A stretch of DNA of 63,986 nt, the filler included, from Choristocarpus tenellus KU-1152 (Eukaryota; Protista; Phaeophyceae), in assembly GCA_964200185.2 (NCBI GenBank). It is 10 parts of 10 records of this genome, joined end to end, with 100 filler letters (N's around TTAATTAATTAA, not from the genome) between each part and the next. Parts side by side here need not be neighbours in the genome. Positions count along the whole stretch, not along the records: positions 22,879 to 27,638 come from CAXNAD020013158.1; positions 27,739 to 30,992 come from CAXNAD020021240.1; positions 31,093 to 37,575 come from CAXNAD020008041.1; positions 37,676 to 43,823 come from CAXNAD020008829.1; 6 more parts are not named here. One strand, 5' to 3'. Of the stretch, positions 25,790-38,479 are shown piece after piece. Made by a program: the position numbers and the translations under genes. Each line of letters opens with the position of its first letter. Position 1 is the stretch's first letter. The notes below the pieces were generated by a model, which was not told where the DNA came from, ran no database searches, and was given only the letters and a program-made list of their open reading frames with translations.

Positions 25790-27135
25790 CCTCTTGACAA
25801 ATCTGTCAGGTTGCTGAGAGAGCAAGCACTCATCATCATCATGGAACACGTTACCGTGGAAGGGGTACTTCAAAGTCCTCCTTAATGATAAGTCGATCAA
25901 CCTTAACTCTCATACATGCTGCTGAAGTCCTTGACCAACGATCCACAACTATAGCGCTCACCGGTGTATCATCACTCCTACTGGTGGATGTGGCTGAAGC
26001 AATACGAGCAATGGAAAATCATGTAGTGGGAAGGCTATCACAAGTCAAGATATTATTTGAGCTGAGATCATGTGCCTTGGTGTAAAGGAGGACGAGGGTA
26101 TTCTCCAGTGTTTCTACGAGAAGGTTGTGCGGGCTGTGTGGGACCAGGAAGTTGTGCTGCAGGTTTGGAGGAATGCAGTAATCACAATAGTCAAAGAAGA
26201 TGGAATAGACAGATCGTGGTAACTGCAAGGGCATCTCATTGTAACACACGCTGCAAATGTGCTTTGTAAGGTTGTCGCACAGTGTCTGGGAACCTATACC
26301 TGGAACTGGAGAGCTTCTTCATGACGAACAGTATGATGGTGGTAGCATGGTTTCCCACCCTGACACTCCACAGTGGACATGATGTACACCCGACTTGCCC
26401 TCCAAGAGCTCAGTTGAGAAAACCATGTACCTCTATACATCTTGTGTTTTACTTCAAAATATAGACATACATGCAGAACGTATTGACATGAATCTCTTTA
26501 ACACAATCTCTGGTGGGTATGGTGCTTGCCAAATTTGGAGTGCCTGAGTATATTATTTCAGTCATCTGACAATTCCATGATGAAAATTGTACAGACTGGT
26601 TTGAGGTTGGACAGGGCCTTCAACAAGGGTGTGTTCTTGCTCCCATCTCCTTCAATGTCTTCTTTGCTGTAGCGTGAAGTGTAGCAGCTAAAGAGTTCAC
26701 CTCTGACCCGACCATCCAGAGATCTTGTTGATATCATGAGAAGGACCACCAAAATCCAGGATAGGGGTGGAGAAGTAACTAGGAGCAGAATGACACTTTC
26801 TTACTTGAGTGGATCCTGTGGGGTATGTTTTATGCTGACGATGAAAATTCTGTGCCTAAGACCCAACAAGGTTTGGTGATGATGATAACAGTGATTGATT
26901 TGTGAAGGTGGCTAGGTCATTGTGCTGACTTTGTTGGAGTTGAAGATGAGATGTATGTGCCTTCACCCTCCCAACAAGGCTGCAGACATCATCAGATCTA
27001 GGTGTGGGGCCAAAATTCTGAGCTTGCTGACAAAAAAATTTACCTTGGATGCACCTTTGTCAGAGATGAAGCTGCTATCACCACCAAGATCAGCAGCACG
27101 ATCCAAAAAACTTGGAGCTGTTTCTTCAAATGCAT
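25790..27135 (+). mobile_element. RTE-clade LINE reverse transcriptase relic (heavily decayed)
   Basis: Fragments DVAEAIRAMEN, VWRNAVIT..GNCKGISL, WFEVGQGLQQGCVLAP, LWGMFYADD, YLG..TTKISSTIQKTW. Homologous to 50560-52400. Confidence 0.8.
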
Positions 27136-27504
27136 TCAATGTAACAGTCAATTGCTCTATGGGCACAATTCAACATTCATCAGCATGCTTTTTATCATGA
27201 GTTGCATTTGTGGGAAACTATAGATTCAGTGGTTCTTTCTGACATCTGCCTAATTTGATACTTGTGGGATTCTCCAATTGTCAAAAATATGTTGTGATGA
27301 TTCCTATACTAATAGTGAGTGATTTATGATGCTATGGGACAAAGAAATTAAATAAAAAATAATTGGAGTGTTTTTTGCTTTGCTTTGGTGTAAAATGAAA
27401 TTCTACACAGTACAAAACACACCATGAAAACAGAAACTCGGGTGTATCACTAGGGTTTAAGATCGAATGCTCAAGGTTGAAGCGCTTGAGGTTATGTTAA
27501 TTAT

Positions 27505-27506
<2 letters not shown>

Positions 27507-27552
<46 letters not shown>
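27507..27552 (+). repeat. (CT)23 microsatellite
   Basis: Direct read; abuts the family-B TIR at 27553. Confidence 0.95.
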
Positions 27553-27554
<2 letters not shown>

Positions 27555-27638
27555 CTCAAAGTATCTGGGGGGGGTGACGGCTGTCCATTTGGGGTCAATT
27601 TTTTGATGACTCAATTTTTGGGTGATTTGGTTGCATAC
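27553..27638 (+). mobile_element. MITE family B left end, truncated by the gap
   Basis: GGCTCAAAGTATCTGGGGGGGGTGACGGCTGTCCA..., as at 2970. Confidence 0.8.
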
Positions 27639-27799
27639 NNNNNNNNNNNNNNNNNNNNNNNNNNNNNNNNNNNNNNNNNNNNTTAATTAATTAANNNNNN
27701 NNNNNNNNNNNNNNNNNNNNNNNNNNNNNNNNNNNNNNCCCGTTTGTTAACCCCCCCCCCCCCCCCCCCAGATACTTTGGGTAAGTTGTAACTCTAATG

Positions 27800-28620
27800 A
27801 TGTCATTATACTCGTAAGCTCTATTCTTGGCAGTACCTGGAGCATTGTGAGTAAATAATCACCAATACTGCATTTGTTAGGGGTATCCTTCCTCCTTGTG
27901 CTTCTGTGCACTTGTGTCCTATTGTTCAAGAAGTATTTGCTCAAGGAGATTTTTGTCACATATCTGTTCGTCTGGACTGTTTTGATACATTTTTGTCCAA
28001 AGGCCATCATAGGTAACCTGGCCATCAAACAGCCAATTTTGTAGTGGAAGAAACACCCCATAGAGCATGGCATTGTATCACACCAATGCAGGAAGCAATA
28101 ACCTGTCTCTTTGATTTTGTATCATACATGTGGTAACACTGTTCCCAGCAAAATCTCAGGCTAGTCACCACTGCTGATGCAACCAAGGAGGTATAGACAC
28201 AAGAGAACAGTGTTTTGGAGTTCAGTTAGAAGCTGAAACATAGTAACTTGCAGAGAAGTGTCATCGATCAATTGCACCATCTTGATCTCATCATAGCGAT
28301 TGTAAACTCTGCCCATTTACTATCCCACGTCTCCGTTCATTTTGCTTCAAGAGAAAGGTGCTTACCAAGTTTTGTTGCTATCCCTGCATTCCATGTTTGC
28401 TTCTCAGCACGAGTACCTTTTCTAGTGGAGCACCACATGGAACAAGCTTCCTGGTGGCAAACACGACTGATTCAGGACAACAAAACAGAGGAAAGTTGAC
28501 CGCATGTCCTGTTCTCATTCACCTTGTCCTGAACTCTACTTGTTCAGGTAGGCAATCACTACAGAGAGGTCGGTTAGCCCTTATCACTTATCGCTTCTAC
28601 CAAACGCCGTTCATTCTCCT
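27800..28620 (-). pseudogene. Decayed coding relic, possibly a transposase; unclassified
   Basis: Protein-like minus-strand segments with stops (NFPLFCCPESVVFATRKLVPCGAPL; SKTLFSCVYTSLV..FCWEQCYH; YNAMLYGVFLPLQNWLFDGQVTYDGL). Confidence 0.2.
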
Positions 28621-29688
28621 CCCCCCCATCTCCAAGTGAAGGTGGCCCTGTGGTACTCTTGCTCAGTGCATGCTGTCTCATTGTTTCCACTGTCCGACTG
28701 GATACCCCTCCTTTTACACTTGAACGTGGCGGGGCATTCTTAATCGATGTTTGAGGTATTGCCACATCTTGCGCATTTGCGTTGTAGGAGGTGGCAGTTG
28801 TATTGATGATGTCAGAACTAAGCCTGCGTACTATATTACTCTTGATTAGAGAGTGGTGTGGTCCTCTGGTGCCTGAAAGCCGGTAGAAAACAACAAAGAA
28901 GTCTTTAGGGTCCACCACTCCCCTGTCATCCTGTGGAATGGAATATATGATAGGATGACAGGCAGGAGTGGTACAATGAGAGGGAGGGCGCAAGGTTTCC
29001 GGTGAAATGGATACTGTAAAGGTTTTGGCATATTGAGTATGATAGGTTTATTGGAGGCAGAGGAAAGGAGGGGGAGGAGAGAGGTGGAGTTGGCATGTAT
29101 GGGGAGATCGTGAGTTAATGGATGAGCATTCAGAGCAAGTTAACTCAGAAAGATGGATAAGAGGAGATGAGCAGAAAAGAATAACTTAAAAGAGGGTGCT
29201 AGGTATGTGTTTTGCAAGTAGAGTCTTACTCCGGAAGAAGTTTGAAATGTCGAGCGAAATCGGGTTTTTTTGCTAGAAACCGATGCCTCAAGCTGAATCC
29301 TTAGCAAGTATTCTTCATAGTGCGGCCGATCCATGGAGACACCGGTCCACACCTGAAATGTCGTCCTTCTCCAAGGCATTACACTGCCTTGTCTTTTGAG
29401 AAATTTGCTACTTTTTGTGCGTCCCGCAATATTTGATCAATCTAATGTTGTGAGGAGAGTTGCCTATATTCCTGTTCAATCTGCAAACCGCAACACAAAA
29501 AATTGTCAAAACACGTTGCATCGCTCAACTAACTGATGTAGGGGTAGTGTGCCACAGTTCAAGGGACAGAAATCACAGTAAATACCCAGTAATATATGTA
29601 ATAGTATGGAAATGGTAATTAAACAGGGGAGAATTTGTAAAGGACTAGGTAATCCTCTCCGTGCTTGTTTCACCCCATCTCCATGACA

Positions 29689-29720
<32 letters not shown>

Positions 29721-29927
29721 TTGAAGCCAAGAACAAAATTCTCCAACTCTTGTTAGGCATCAAAGGCCCAACTCCAACTGCACACCATTTTCAACTAACA
29801 AAGGTACTCCCTTCCTTCTTATCTTGGCTGTAATCGATATCTGATTTTTTTTAAATAAATGCATAGTGGCCAGTCTATCCCCAACCCCAAATTGTCAACC
29901 ATACAAATAACCAAATCTCTAAGTTAC

Positions 29928-30038
29928 CTTGTCAAAGAAAGCCATCAATGATGCCAGTTCCGACCTATCTATCTTCATGTTGAACCGTTGACACAGCAGC
30001 TCCTTGAATATCCGAGCATCCATGAGTCCAGTATCAAC
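29928..30038 (-). CDS. Internal exon of an EF-hand-like protein
   Basis: cag|...|gtaact, 111 nt, phase 0/0: VDTGLMDARIFKELLCQRFNMKIDRSELASLMAFFDK, an E-helix ending in FD at the start of an EF loop. Neighbouring exons not identified. Confidence 0.6.
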
Positions 30039-30577
30039 CTGATTCAGGTCAGGTAGTCTGACATCAATCCAACACCGCCACAAGTAATAAAACACGTTCA
30101 ACAAATCAGGCATTGCAGAGTGTGGAACCTCAACTTAGTTATGACTAGGCAAGGTCGTCTCTGTTTCTATGGTAAGAGCTAAATATAGTGGGTTGCGTAT
30201 AATAGCAAGAAGGATAGGAAAATATTTGGGGGCACATTGATCTACTGTATAGCACAAAAATTTCCTGCCCAATCCTGCATCTTCAAATCACTGGGTCAAC
30301 CTGAGTATGTAGGTGTGTTTTGGGAGCTGTGAATCAATTTTAGCTAAGGAAAGGCGGTTTTGGGATGCCTTACTCATACACCACTGCTACTGGTTAATGT
30401 GGCAGATTAGGAGTTGTGTGGTTTGAACTAACCCCAATCAGGACGGGGGGAGCAATCTGTGTCCCTTGGGTTGATCTATATTGTATAGAGCAACATATGC
30501 CTGGAATTAGGAACAACAACAGAAACATAAGACTAAGGAAGTTGAGAAGTTCTACAATCCAATTTAGTGTTAGCTCT

Positions 30578-30838
30578 GAGTCAAAGTATCTTAGAGGGTA
30601 GGGCCATGTCCATTTGGAGGTCAAAATCCATTGTTGCGAGTTTGATGTAATTTTGGCTATCGTGATCGTTAAGAAGTGTCAGTATCCTTGTTGCAGACAC
30701 ACCTTTTCATAACATTTATACATTTTACCTACTCGGAAATATTTTGGAGTAGAAAAATGTCATAAAAATGAACACGAGAAGTCAAGCCCCAAATGGACAA
30801 ACAGGGCAAAACTCATACCCTCTAAGACACTTTTACTC
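30578..30838 (-). mobile_element. MITE family A, full copy with TCT target-site duplication
   Basis: TCT|GAGTCAAAGTATCTTAGAGGGTA...TACCCTCTAAGACACTTTTACTC|TCT. Confidence 0.85.
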
Positions 30839-30922
30839 TCTGAAATGTTGACCTCCTTGGCTACATACCAACCGGAAAGGATTGGCAACAACAGGGATGT
30901 GATACTTCCCAAAGCAAAGAAT

Positions 30923-30992
30923 GAGCCAAAGTATCTTAGAGGGTAGAGCCGCGTCCATTCAGGGGTCAAAATACAATGTTGTGATTTTGATG
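30923..30992 (-). mobile_element. MITE family A end, truncated by the gap
   Basis: GAGCCAAAGTATCTTAGAGGGTAGAGCC... repeats the start of the 30578 copy. Confidence 0.75.
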
Positions 30993-32084
30993 NNNNNNNN
31001 NNNNNNNNNNNNNNNNNNNNNNNNNNNNNNNNNNNNTTAATTAATTAANNNNNNNNNNNNNNNNNNNNNNNNNNNNNNNNNNNNNNNNNNNNGGGAGGGT
31101 GTTTTAAAAAAGAACGTGGGGAGGCACAAATTGGTGGGGAGGGGGGGGGGGGGGGGGGTGAGGGTTAGAGGGACAATGGAGGATAATGAGAGGTCAGTGT
31201 GTGGGTGGGAGGATGCACTCCATAGTAAAATGTATCGATATATGCCTGTTCAAAAGCAAAAATAAGTTGCTCAACAAAGAGAAAAATCTACATAGATTAA
31301 CTACAATAATCCAGAATGCTTTGGATTAAAGAAATTTGTAGTGCAGGTGTGGTGCACAACCCTGTCCTGGATGAAGGCAAGGCAGTCCGTATGCAACTCT
31401 TTGAGGTTTACTAAATCGTTTGTTGAGGGCATGGTGTCTGATGAGGAGAGAAGGAGGACAATGTATCTTAGTTTATGGGAGGCATTTTACGTGTCCAATA
31501 CAGCTCCCCAGAACACTACTGATGCAATTCATGTGGTCAAACGAGGGAGGGGGGGAGAGAGCAATAAACGAAGGCAGACAATCCATTGGATAGAGAGGTC
31601 GGAGGGGTCGACATTTGTTGCAACAGATGGTGTTCCTTGTGAAACTTGAGAAGTCCATCAGGATATCAGCTTTCTACAGAGGGCATCATGTCACAAAGAA
31701 GGACTAGTCTTCATGCATGGAGTTGGGTTGAAAGGAAGGCCTTCATCCATAGGAATCAGCAGTGAGGATTGTCTATTGAATGGAATGTAAGTTATATAGT
31801 GGGCCATGGTCAGTGGTATGGTTTTCTCAAAAGAAATATAACAAGAAATGGAGGGTTGACTCATCAGGCATACAATGGAAGTCCCAACTTCTTTCCTCCC
31901 TAGGCAAGGAACGGGGGAAGGGGGGCAGGTGGACATCAGTCTCCCCTAATGGAAAAAAAAGCTTAAATATTCAGTTTAGAAAGTTTACACTTTCCATTAA
32001 GTATGTTATCTTCTCCTTCGCTTCTTCGACACGCAATAACACATTGTACTCCACGTCAAGGACAGAATCAAATGGTGCAAAAGA

Positions 32085-34191
32085 TCAGACTGGACTCAGG
32101 ATTTTTTCCCAGTCGAAAATAATGCCGATATGTGATGTTGTTTGTTCAGATATAAGGCTACACATTAGAATTCGAGCATTGGAGGAGAGGTCAGGAGAAG
32201 GAGTTGGGAGAAGCGTCGACATCTCAAGTCTACAGTGCCACAGTGGGCAGTGAGTGTAGTAATCATCGTTGGCAAGCGTGGACTAGTATGACAGGGGATA
32301 CACTGTAGGTCGAGGGTAGAGGGAGGAGGGGAAAGGCTGCGTTCTCACTGCATGCCCTTGCGTAGATTCTTGGCCATGAACACGTCTCCGTCTTTCAATG
32401 CCATGCGTGCACCACATACCCCTTGTGTGCCCTTGATCCCCCTGAATAACAAAATGGAGAACAGGTTTGGTTGCTTGCTTTGGAATGGAAGTGGGGTCTC
32501 AGTTTGCACTTCTCCATTGACCTGGGGATCTTCTACAGGTACTCTTCCCCAAGAACAAAGACCAAGAGGTTAGCTTCAAGACCTCGAATCTTTCCGTTTG
32601 TCGACGATATCGAGACAGAGAGACCATGGCCCTTAAGGAATTAAGTTCTACAACCATAGCAAATACTAATAAATGCACATTGCCATGGAAGAACGAGCTC
32701 ACACAAAAACATACACCACTTTCAACAACTTTGTCAGTCCTTCAGTCAGGTTCTGCCCTATGCCCTCTCGGTGCTTCGTTCACCCAACACCAACTCGTTA
32801 CCAGAAGACTCTGGAACTAGTGGGCACCCGACGTTGAGTCAAAGGGTAGTTCAATATTGAAGAGCCATTCCACATTGAAGGAACTTTCAATATTGAATCA
32901 CAATCATGGGACAGCAAGCGAGAGGAAACATGCTTCGAAGTAGGCATTACAACGCATTGTCTCTCAACTCCTTTTCAACATTTGTGACAACTCTATACCG
33001 CGCAAGGTACACACCAGTTGAACAATGATTGAATTGTAGCTTATCATCTTCATATATAATCATGGGAAGGAGGGGTGTGTGCTTGATACAGATGGACAAC
33101 ACAGCGCCAACGAGCGTTCCTTCACCTGTTGGTGCTGGTAAGACCTGGACTGGACAGAACAGAAGACCCTGTTAGTCCGAATCCACCAATTTGTAGTGGT
33201 TTCAATAAAAAAATTAATCCCATGCATGCGATGGTTGCCTTCATGGCGCTTCAGAGGACCCTACAACAGGATACTTGAAACACCTTGAACACCCTAAGTG
33301 GCACACTGGATAATTAGGTCAATGATATATCCAGTGTATCAGAACATCGAACTCACGACAGTTTGTCGCGAGGGATTAGTGTTAGTTATATCTGACACGT
33401 CCACTTAATTGCCGTAGATTGACCAGTGTACGCGACTCACAGTAGTAATGCACGACCTCCTCTGGTTTAAGGTGGTGCAGGTTGGAAGGAGTTCCAACAT
33501 GTCTCTAAACGTCGGCTAGTATTTTTCAACTCAAAAATTTGGACTTTGCTAAAGAGTCCATTGTTCAAAAACAAATAGTCCATGTGAAGGGAGTGGAGTG
33601 CAAAGTGTGTATAAGACCTTTCCTTCCCAGGCCAAGACCTCTGCAGTGCATATTTTCAAAGTGAGGAGGTGAGTTGTGGCGTTGTGTTCCTCTTCAGTAT
33701 CAATCAAACCCTCTCTTCTTTCAGGACGAGAACTTTCATAACAGTCACGCAATCTCCAGTTGCGGGGTCACGTCCTGTCGATCTAAACATGACAGGCGCG
33801 GGAAAGTTGTAGAAACTACGGTAATATTTTGGATTGGTAATGTTAACATGGATATATAGCTGCCCCATCCACTGCCCTCACGCCCCTACATCTATGTGCT
33901 TGCGAGGACGATGACATTCTCTGGTATGCCTTGAGTCAATGTTTGTAAACTTGAATTTGGACAAGGTCCCACTTCCTGGTTGAGTTTGGAATGTGTCGCC
34001 CTCTACTGTTTTTTCCTTTAAATCTTCGAATAACTGAATGATTTTTCCGGTTCAGGTATCATTCCCCTCTTCTCTCATGTCGAAAATGGTGCATGCTAAG
34101 ATCAATCTCTGTCCCGATCTCACCAGCACAATCCTGTGTAGAGACCATCTTCCAGATTATCCTTCCTCACTGTGAAATCTACTGCTCTCAT
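32085..34191 (-). CDS. Unknown ~170-aa protein, 7-exon model
   Basis: Exons 34191-34124, 33815-33710, 33144-33126, 32816-32784, 32631-32583, 32441-32349, 32229-32085 (513 nt, all GT-AG, phases consistent). Product MRAVDFTVRKDNLEDGLYTGLCCFYNFPAPVMFRSTGRDPATGDCVTVMKVLVLKEERVLPAPT...GIKGTQGVCGARMALKDGDVFMAKNLRKGMQLEM...IIFDWEKILSPV*. The exon 2 and exon 5 donors (gtttga, gtcttg) are weak. Confidence 0.5.
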
Positions 34192-34267
34192 GATCACGCT
34201 CTCACAGGAAATATAGTTTCGAAACCTTCTCGCTGACATCAAGAGTTGGCAATTGATCCCAAACGCC
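34192..34267. promoter_or_regulatory. Candidate bidirectional promoter with a palindromic CHR-like site (GTTTCGAAAC, 34216-34225)
   Basis: 76 bp between divergent ATGs in a CpG-rich context; contains TTCGAA. Confidence 0.35.
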
Positions 34268-37027
34268 ATGGAGTTGCCCACTGTCGGTACTCCACAGTTC
34301 CGCAGGAAACGACCGGCGTCTGCATCAGGAGATGAAGGACAAGGCGGTCCTGTACCCAAGGCACTCATGAGGACCCCAGAGGGTAAACGTACTAACGGTA
34401 CCTCCCAAGGCGTTTTCACTCCCCGTACTACCACTGCTCATGTCCTGCTCCAGCTACGGAGCGACGGTCGAGCCGCCCTGGGATCGCTCGATACCCAGAC
34501 GCCACGATTTCGGGAGCTAGTTGCAACAGGGGTAGGGGGAGGAGTAGGTGATAAGGAAGGATCGGGACAAGAGAAACGGGTAGATGCAAGAACGGTGGGG
34601 ACTGGGAGCGGACCATGTTCTAGTAGGGCAGAGAGAGGAGTGGTTGCCGCTCTGGCAGCAGCATCTCAGGAAAATACAGGGCTTGGGCATGGGGGTGTGC
34701 CTGGGATCGGCGCTGGATCTCCTCCACCTCCAGGAAGCCCTCTGCAGGCTGTCCCAATTGGAGGAAACACTTGGGTGAGGGTTGGCACATGGCCGACACC
34801 TGTGGAATTGAATTGATCAATTCTTTCTGTGATATCATAAACCATGTATGGACTTGCGAGGTGTTAGTCGTTTCTCCCTGCTGCAGGTTGAAGATATTTC
34901 TGTTTGAAAGCAACTAGTGTTTCATGGGGAGGTGCAAAATTCCATGAACTCAGACATTGCTCTGACTTTGTTTTCACACACCTGCCCGTAAGGTCTGCAT
35001 ATCCTCAAGATGGTTCTCTTTTTGCCTGTCCTCTCCCTGCCTTCCGTTGAAGCCAGTGACTCAACTCTGTGGAGTACAGACTGACCTGGTCTCAAAACTA
35101 AGACAACATCCTTGTCACCCCTTCCCCTGCCAACCCCAACTGCAGAGCAATAACTTATCGGTTGTTGCACCATTGGAGGGGTGCAAGTGCAAGAAGTCTC
35201 GATGTCTCAAGCTGTGAGTGTAAACCCAAATCTGCAGCTTCACTCCATTTACCATTGCAGCTATGTGTTCGTGTTATTTGTATGTACATTGCGCCTACCT
35301 TGTTTTGAGAGTGGTGCGTCACACACCTGTCTCATAAATCCAGTTTTTCCGATGCTTCCTGAGTCGCACACTTCTAGCACTACTCCCCCTTCTTCACCTG
35401 CACATCTCACCCCACTACCCTATTGCCTGTCCCCTTCCCATGTGCTTGTTAAGGTACTGCCAGTGCTTTGCTGGACAGGCACCCTGCTCCACGGCATGCA
35501 ACTGCCTGAATTGCCACAATACATTGGCTCACAGTAGGGAGCGCCAAAGAGCCATGACTGGGCTGCTAGTGCGAAATCCCAATGCATTTGCTACAAAGTT
35601 CAAGACTGAGGTAAGGACCCGTTCTCCCAAGATGTTGAACTGTTGAAACGTGCATGACCCTAAGCCTGTAGGTATACACATTTGTTTCTGTGGGGGGTGG
35701 TTTGTGCGATCCTGTGGTAAATTGCGCATTGCCCTTGGATCTTTTTGTTTTCGATGGTGAGATTGAGGGGTCTTTGCACACCGATGTGATTTACTTTCTA
35801 TTTATCTTTCTGTTCCATGTCCTGTACATGTGGTGTTAATGGCACCCACGGGCGTTCAAGCAAGTGGATTAGGGTTAGTAGGTATTGACTGCGCAGTGGT
35901 TGATGGGAGAACCATGGCAAGCGTGAAAACAAATCCTGACAACTTGACGACACCTTTGCAATATCGGTCAAGACGATGTTTTCAAGCCCGAAATATCGTC
36001 TCACCGTGTGTGGATCTCATTTTGCATTGTTCAAGACTCGCAAGAATTGAGCAGATCAACTTTTTTTTCCACTTCGCCTGGACTGCACAGCGCCGCCGCC
36101 TAGAGCGACATGCACATGCAAAGAAACGTACTCTTTGGCTTCTTGTTTTTTCCTGACCTAGGGAGGGAACTCAAAGTACAAGTTTGTGTTATTCGATGTT
36201 CCACCTGACTTGGCTGCTCTGTTCCGGGAATGATGCCTACTGCTGCTTCTCAATAGAACATAGTCTTCCTGTTCACTTCTACGTTCAAGCCTTTTCATTG
36301 CCTCTGCTTGACACATGACCAAAGTAAGAGCTGAGCTGCAGGCAAATGGAGCATTCTCCTCCTTGAAGGTCATGATGGCTCGTGGAGTGTACACCGAGTA
36401 CACTCATCTCGATCGTTCCGAATGATTCGCACACAGGCTTACCTATCCACCCCATGCCCCTCTGCAAAATCCCCGTGCAGTGATTGTCATCCCCCACTTG
36501 TCGCATTTCTCTCAGGATGTAATGCCACCATCTTCGCCCTTTCCTCTGCATCTCCAACGCAAAATAAATATATAGTACCTCAACCCATCAGTCATCAATC
36601 ATTATCCTCAGCCGCATCAACACCCCCCCATCACTAAACTTCTCTTATCCCCCCCACACCCCTCTCACTACATCCTTTCACCCGGCCTGTGGTTTGCATG
36701 CTTGCCTGGCTGCTTGTAAAATAGGAATCTGACCTCTCTGGATCATCCTCAAAGGCTGTGGTGCACAAGACTGGGTGTGGATGCCGGAAATCGGCTTGCC
36801 TGAAGAAGTACTGTGAATGCTTTAACCAGGGAGTTCGCTGCTCCCAGAACTGCCACTGCCGATCCTGCAAGAACACCTCATCGAGTGCATTGCAAGAGCT
36901 GCAGAGAATGGGAGTGGGACGTGCCGAGGGCGGGGGGCGGGGGAGCATGGCAGTGGGCAATGGTAGCAACATCCGAGGACTTGGGGGAGGAGGTGCTTCC
37001 AGTCCCAGGTTTCCAAACTGGGGCTGA
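34268..37027 (+). CDS. LIN54-like: Tesmin/TSO1/LIN54-like protein with two CRC (CXC) domains, ~344 aa, 4 exons
   Basis: Exons 34268-34774, 35146-35213, 35454-35610, 36725-37027, phases 0/2/0. CRC1 [34 protein letters not shown], hinge [12 protein letters not shown]2 [37 protein letters not shown]. Confidence 0.92.
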
Positions 37028-38479
37028 GAACAAGACTGCCTCCCCACACCGTTCACCCATTCACCCTTCCCAAGTCTCCTTCACACCCGTCCCCACAGAG
37101 TTTCTTCCAACACCTGCCAACGCTTGACCTCGAGGCTGCCATGTCATCTTAGAGAGGCCTTGACTCTGCTATTCTGCAGCTCAAGAGAGAGCTTTCAGCA
37201 TGCATGCTTTTGAGATTTGCATTGGTTGGATGTTGGGTGTTGCTGCTTATGTCTTGTTAACTCGCTTTTAGTTGGGGAAGTAGAGCCTGACCCCTGCCCT
37301 TGCCCTGTTGTTACCCATCATATTGCCTCCAGCAAATTGGGTCGGTTTCTGGCATGTACTTCTTTTGTCAGGCCTGTCAAGTGGGGGTGCGGTGACTGGA
37401 ATTCCTTTACAAGCTAACAGGGCAATGGCTTATCGAAATTTTGAACAGGTTGTTGCCAGAATATGTGTTGTCATGGGACACACGGAAGCTCAGTTTTTTG
37501 TTCCCTGCCACTTGTCTTGCTGGGGGGGGGGGGGAAAGGTGTGACGGGGGGTTGGGAAAGGGTGTATTGAGGTAGNNNNNNNNNNNNNNNNNNNNNNNNN
37601 NNNNNNNNNNNNNNNNNNNTTAATTAATTAANNNNNNNNNNNNNNNNNNNNNNNNNNNNNNNNNNNNNNNNNNNNAGATTCACTTTCTATTCTTGTGTTT
37701 CATATTGTATTCTATGCCTTATGTGTTGCTTCTTGTCCTCCCCCTTGACAAAACCTGCTAAAATGGGAACGGGAGTACTAGCATATACAGGTCACACAAT
37801 CAGTTTGTGACTAATCGGACGCACTGTAGTACCACAATACTTCGGGGATCCTTCATGATACGCAAATGCATATGTGCGCATTCGTATATGTCATTCCCAT
37901 GTTCTCAAGAAAATTAAAAGCAGAGATTATTACAAGTTGCCTTACCCTGGCAATCTACTCATTTCTACTAAGATTTGTTTTCTTAGTGGGTAGTTCGCAT
38001 TTGGTGATAACCCTTTTTATAAGAGAACAAAACAAGAAATGATTAGTCTACCAAATATGTACCACCACTATTACTGCTGCTACTACTTCTACAGTTAATG
38101 CGTTCAGGTCATAAATCAGACCGTACGCTGTAAAGATTGATGAACCCTCGTATGGTCAAAAGGCAGCACGACTTTGACCTAATGTCCACAAGGTAAAAAT
38201 ATTGGGAGATCGATATCTACTTGTAGTCTATAGTAGTGGGTGTTCCGCATGATGGAAACCATTCCATTGCCACCCTTTCCCAGATACTCTGAACCTGGGA
38301 ACTACGCTGTGTCAGGTGAAGAACATGCTGCCAACATTATACAGCATTGAGTAACGCTTACGATAGATGAAAAGGCACTAAATGTGAGGTAAAATGAGAT
38401 TGTCGAAAACTCTACGACCAGACGAAAGGAGCTGGGAATGATTATCGAGTGAGATGTGGAGGGTGTACAACCTATGCTA

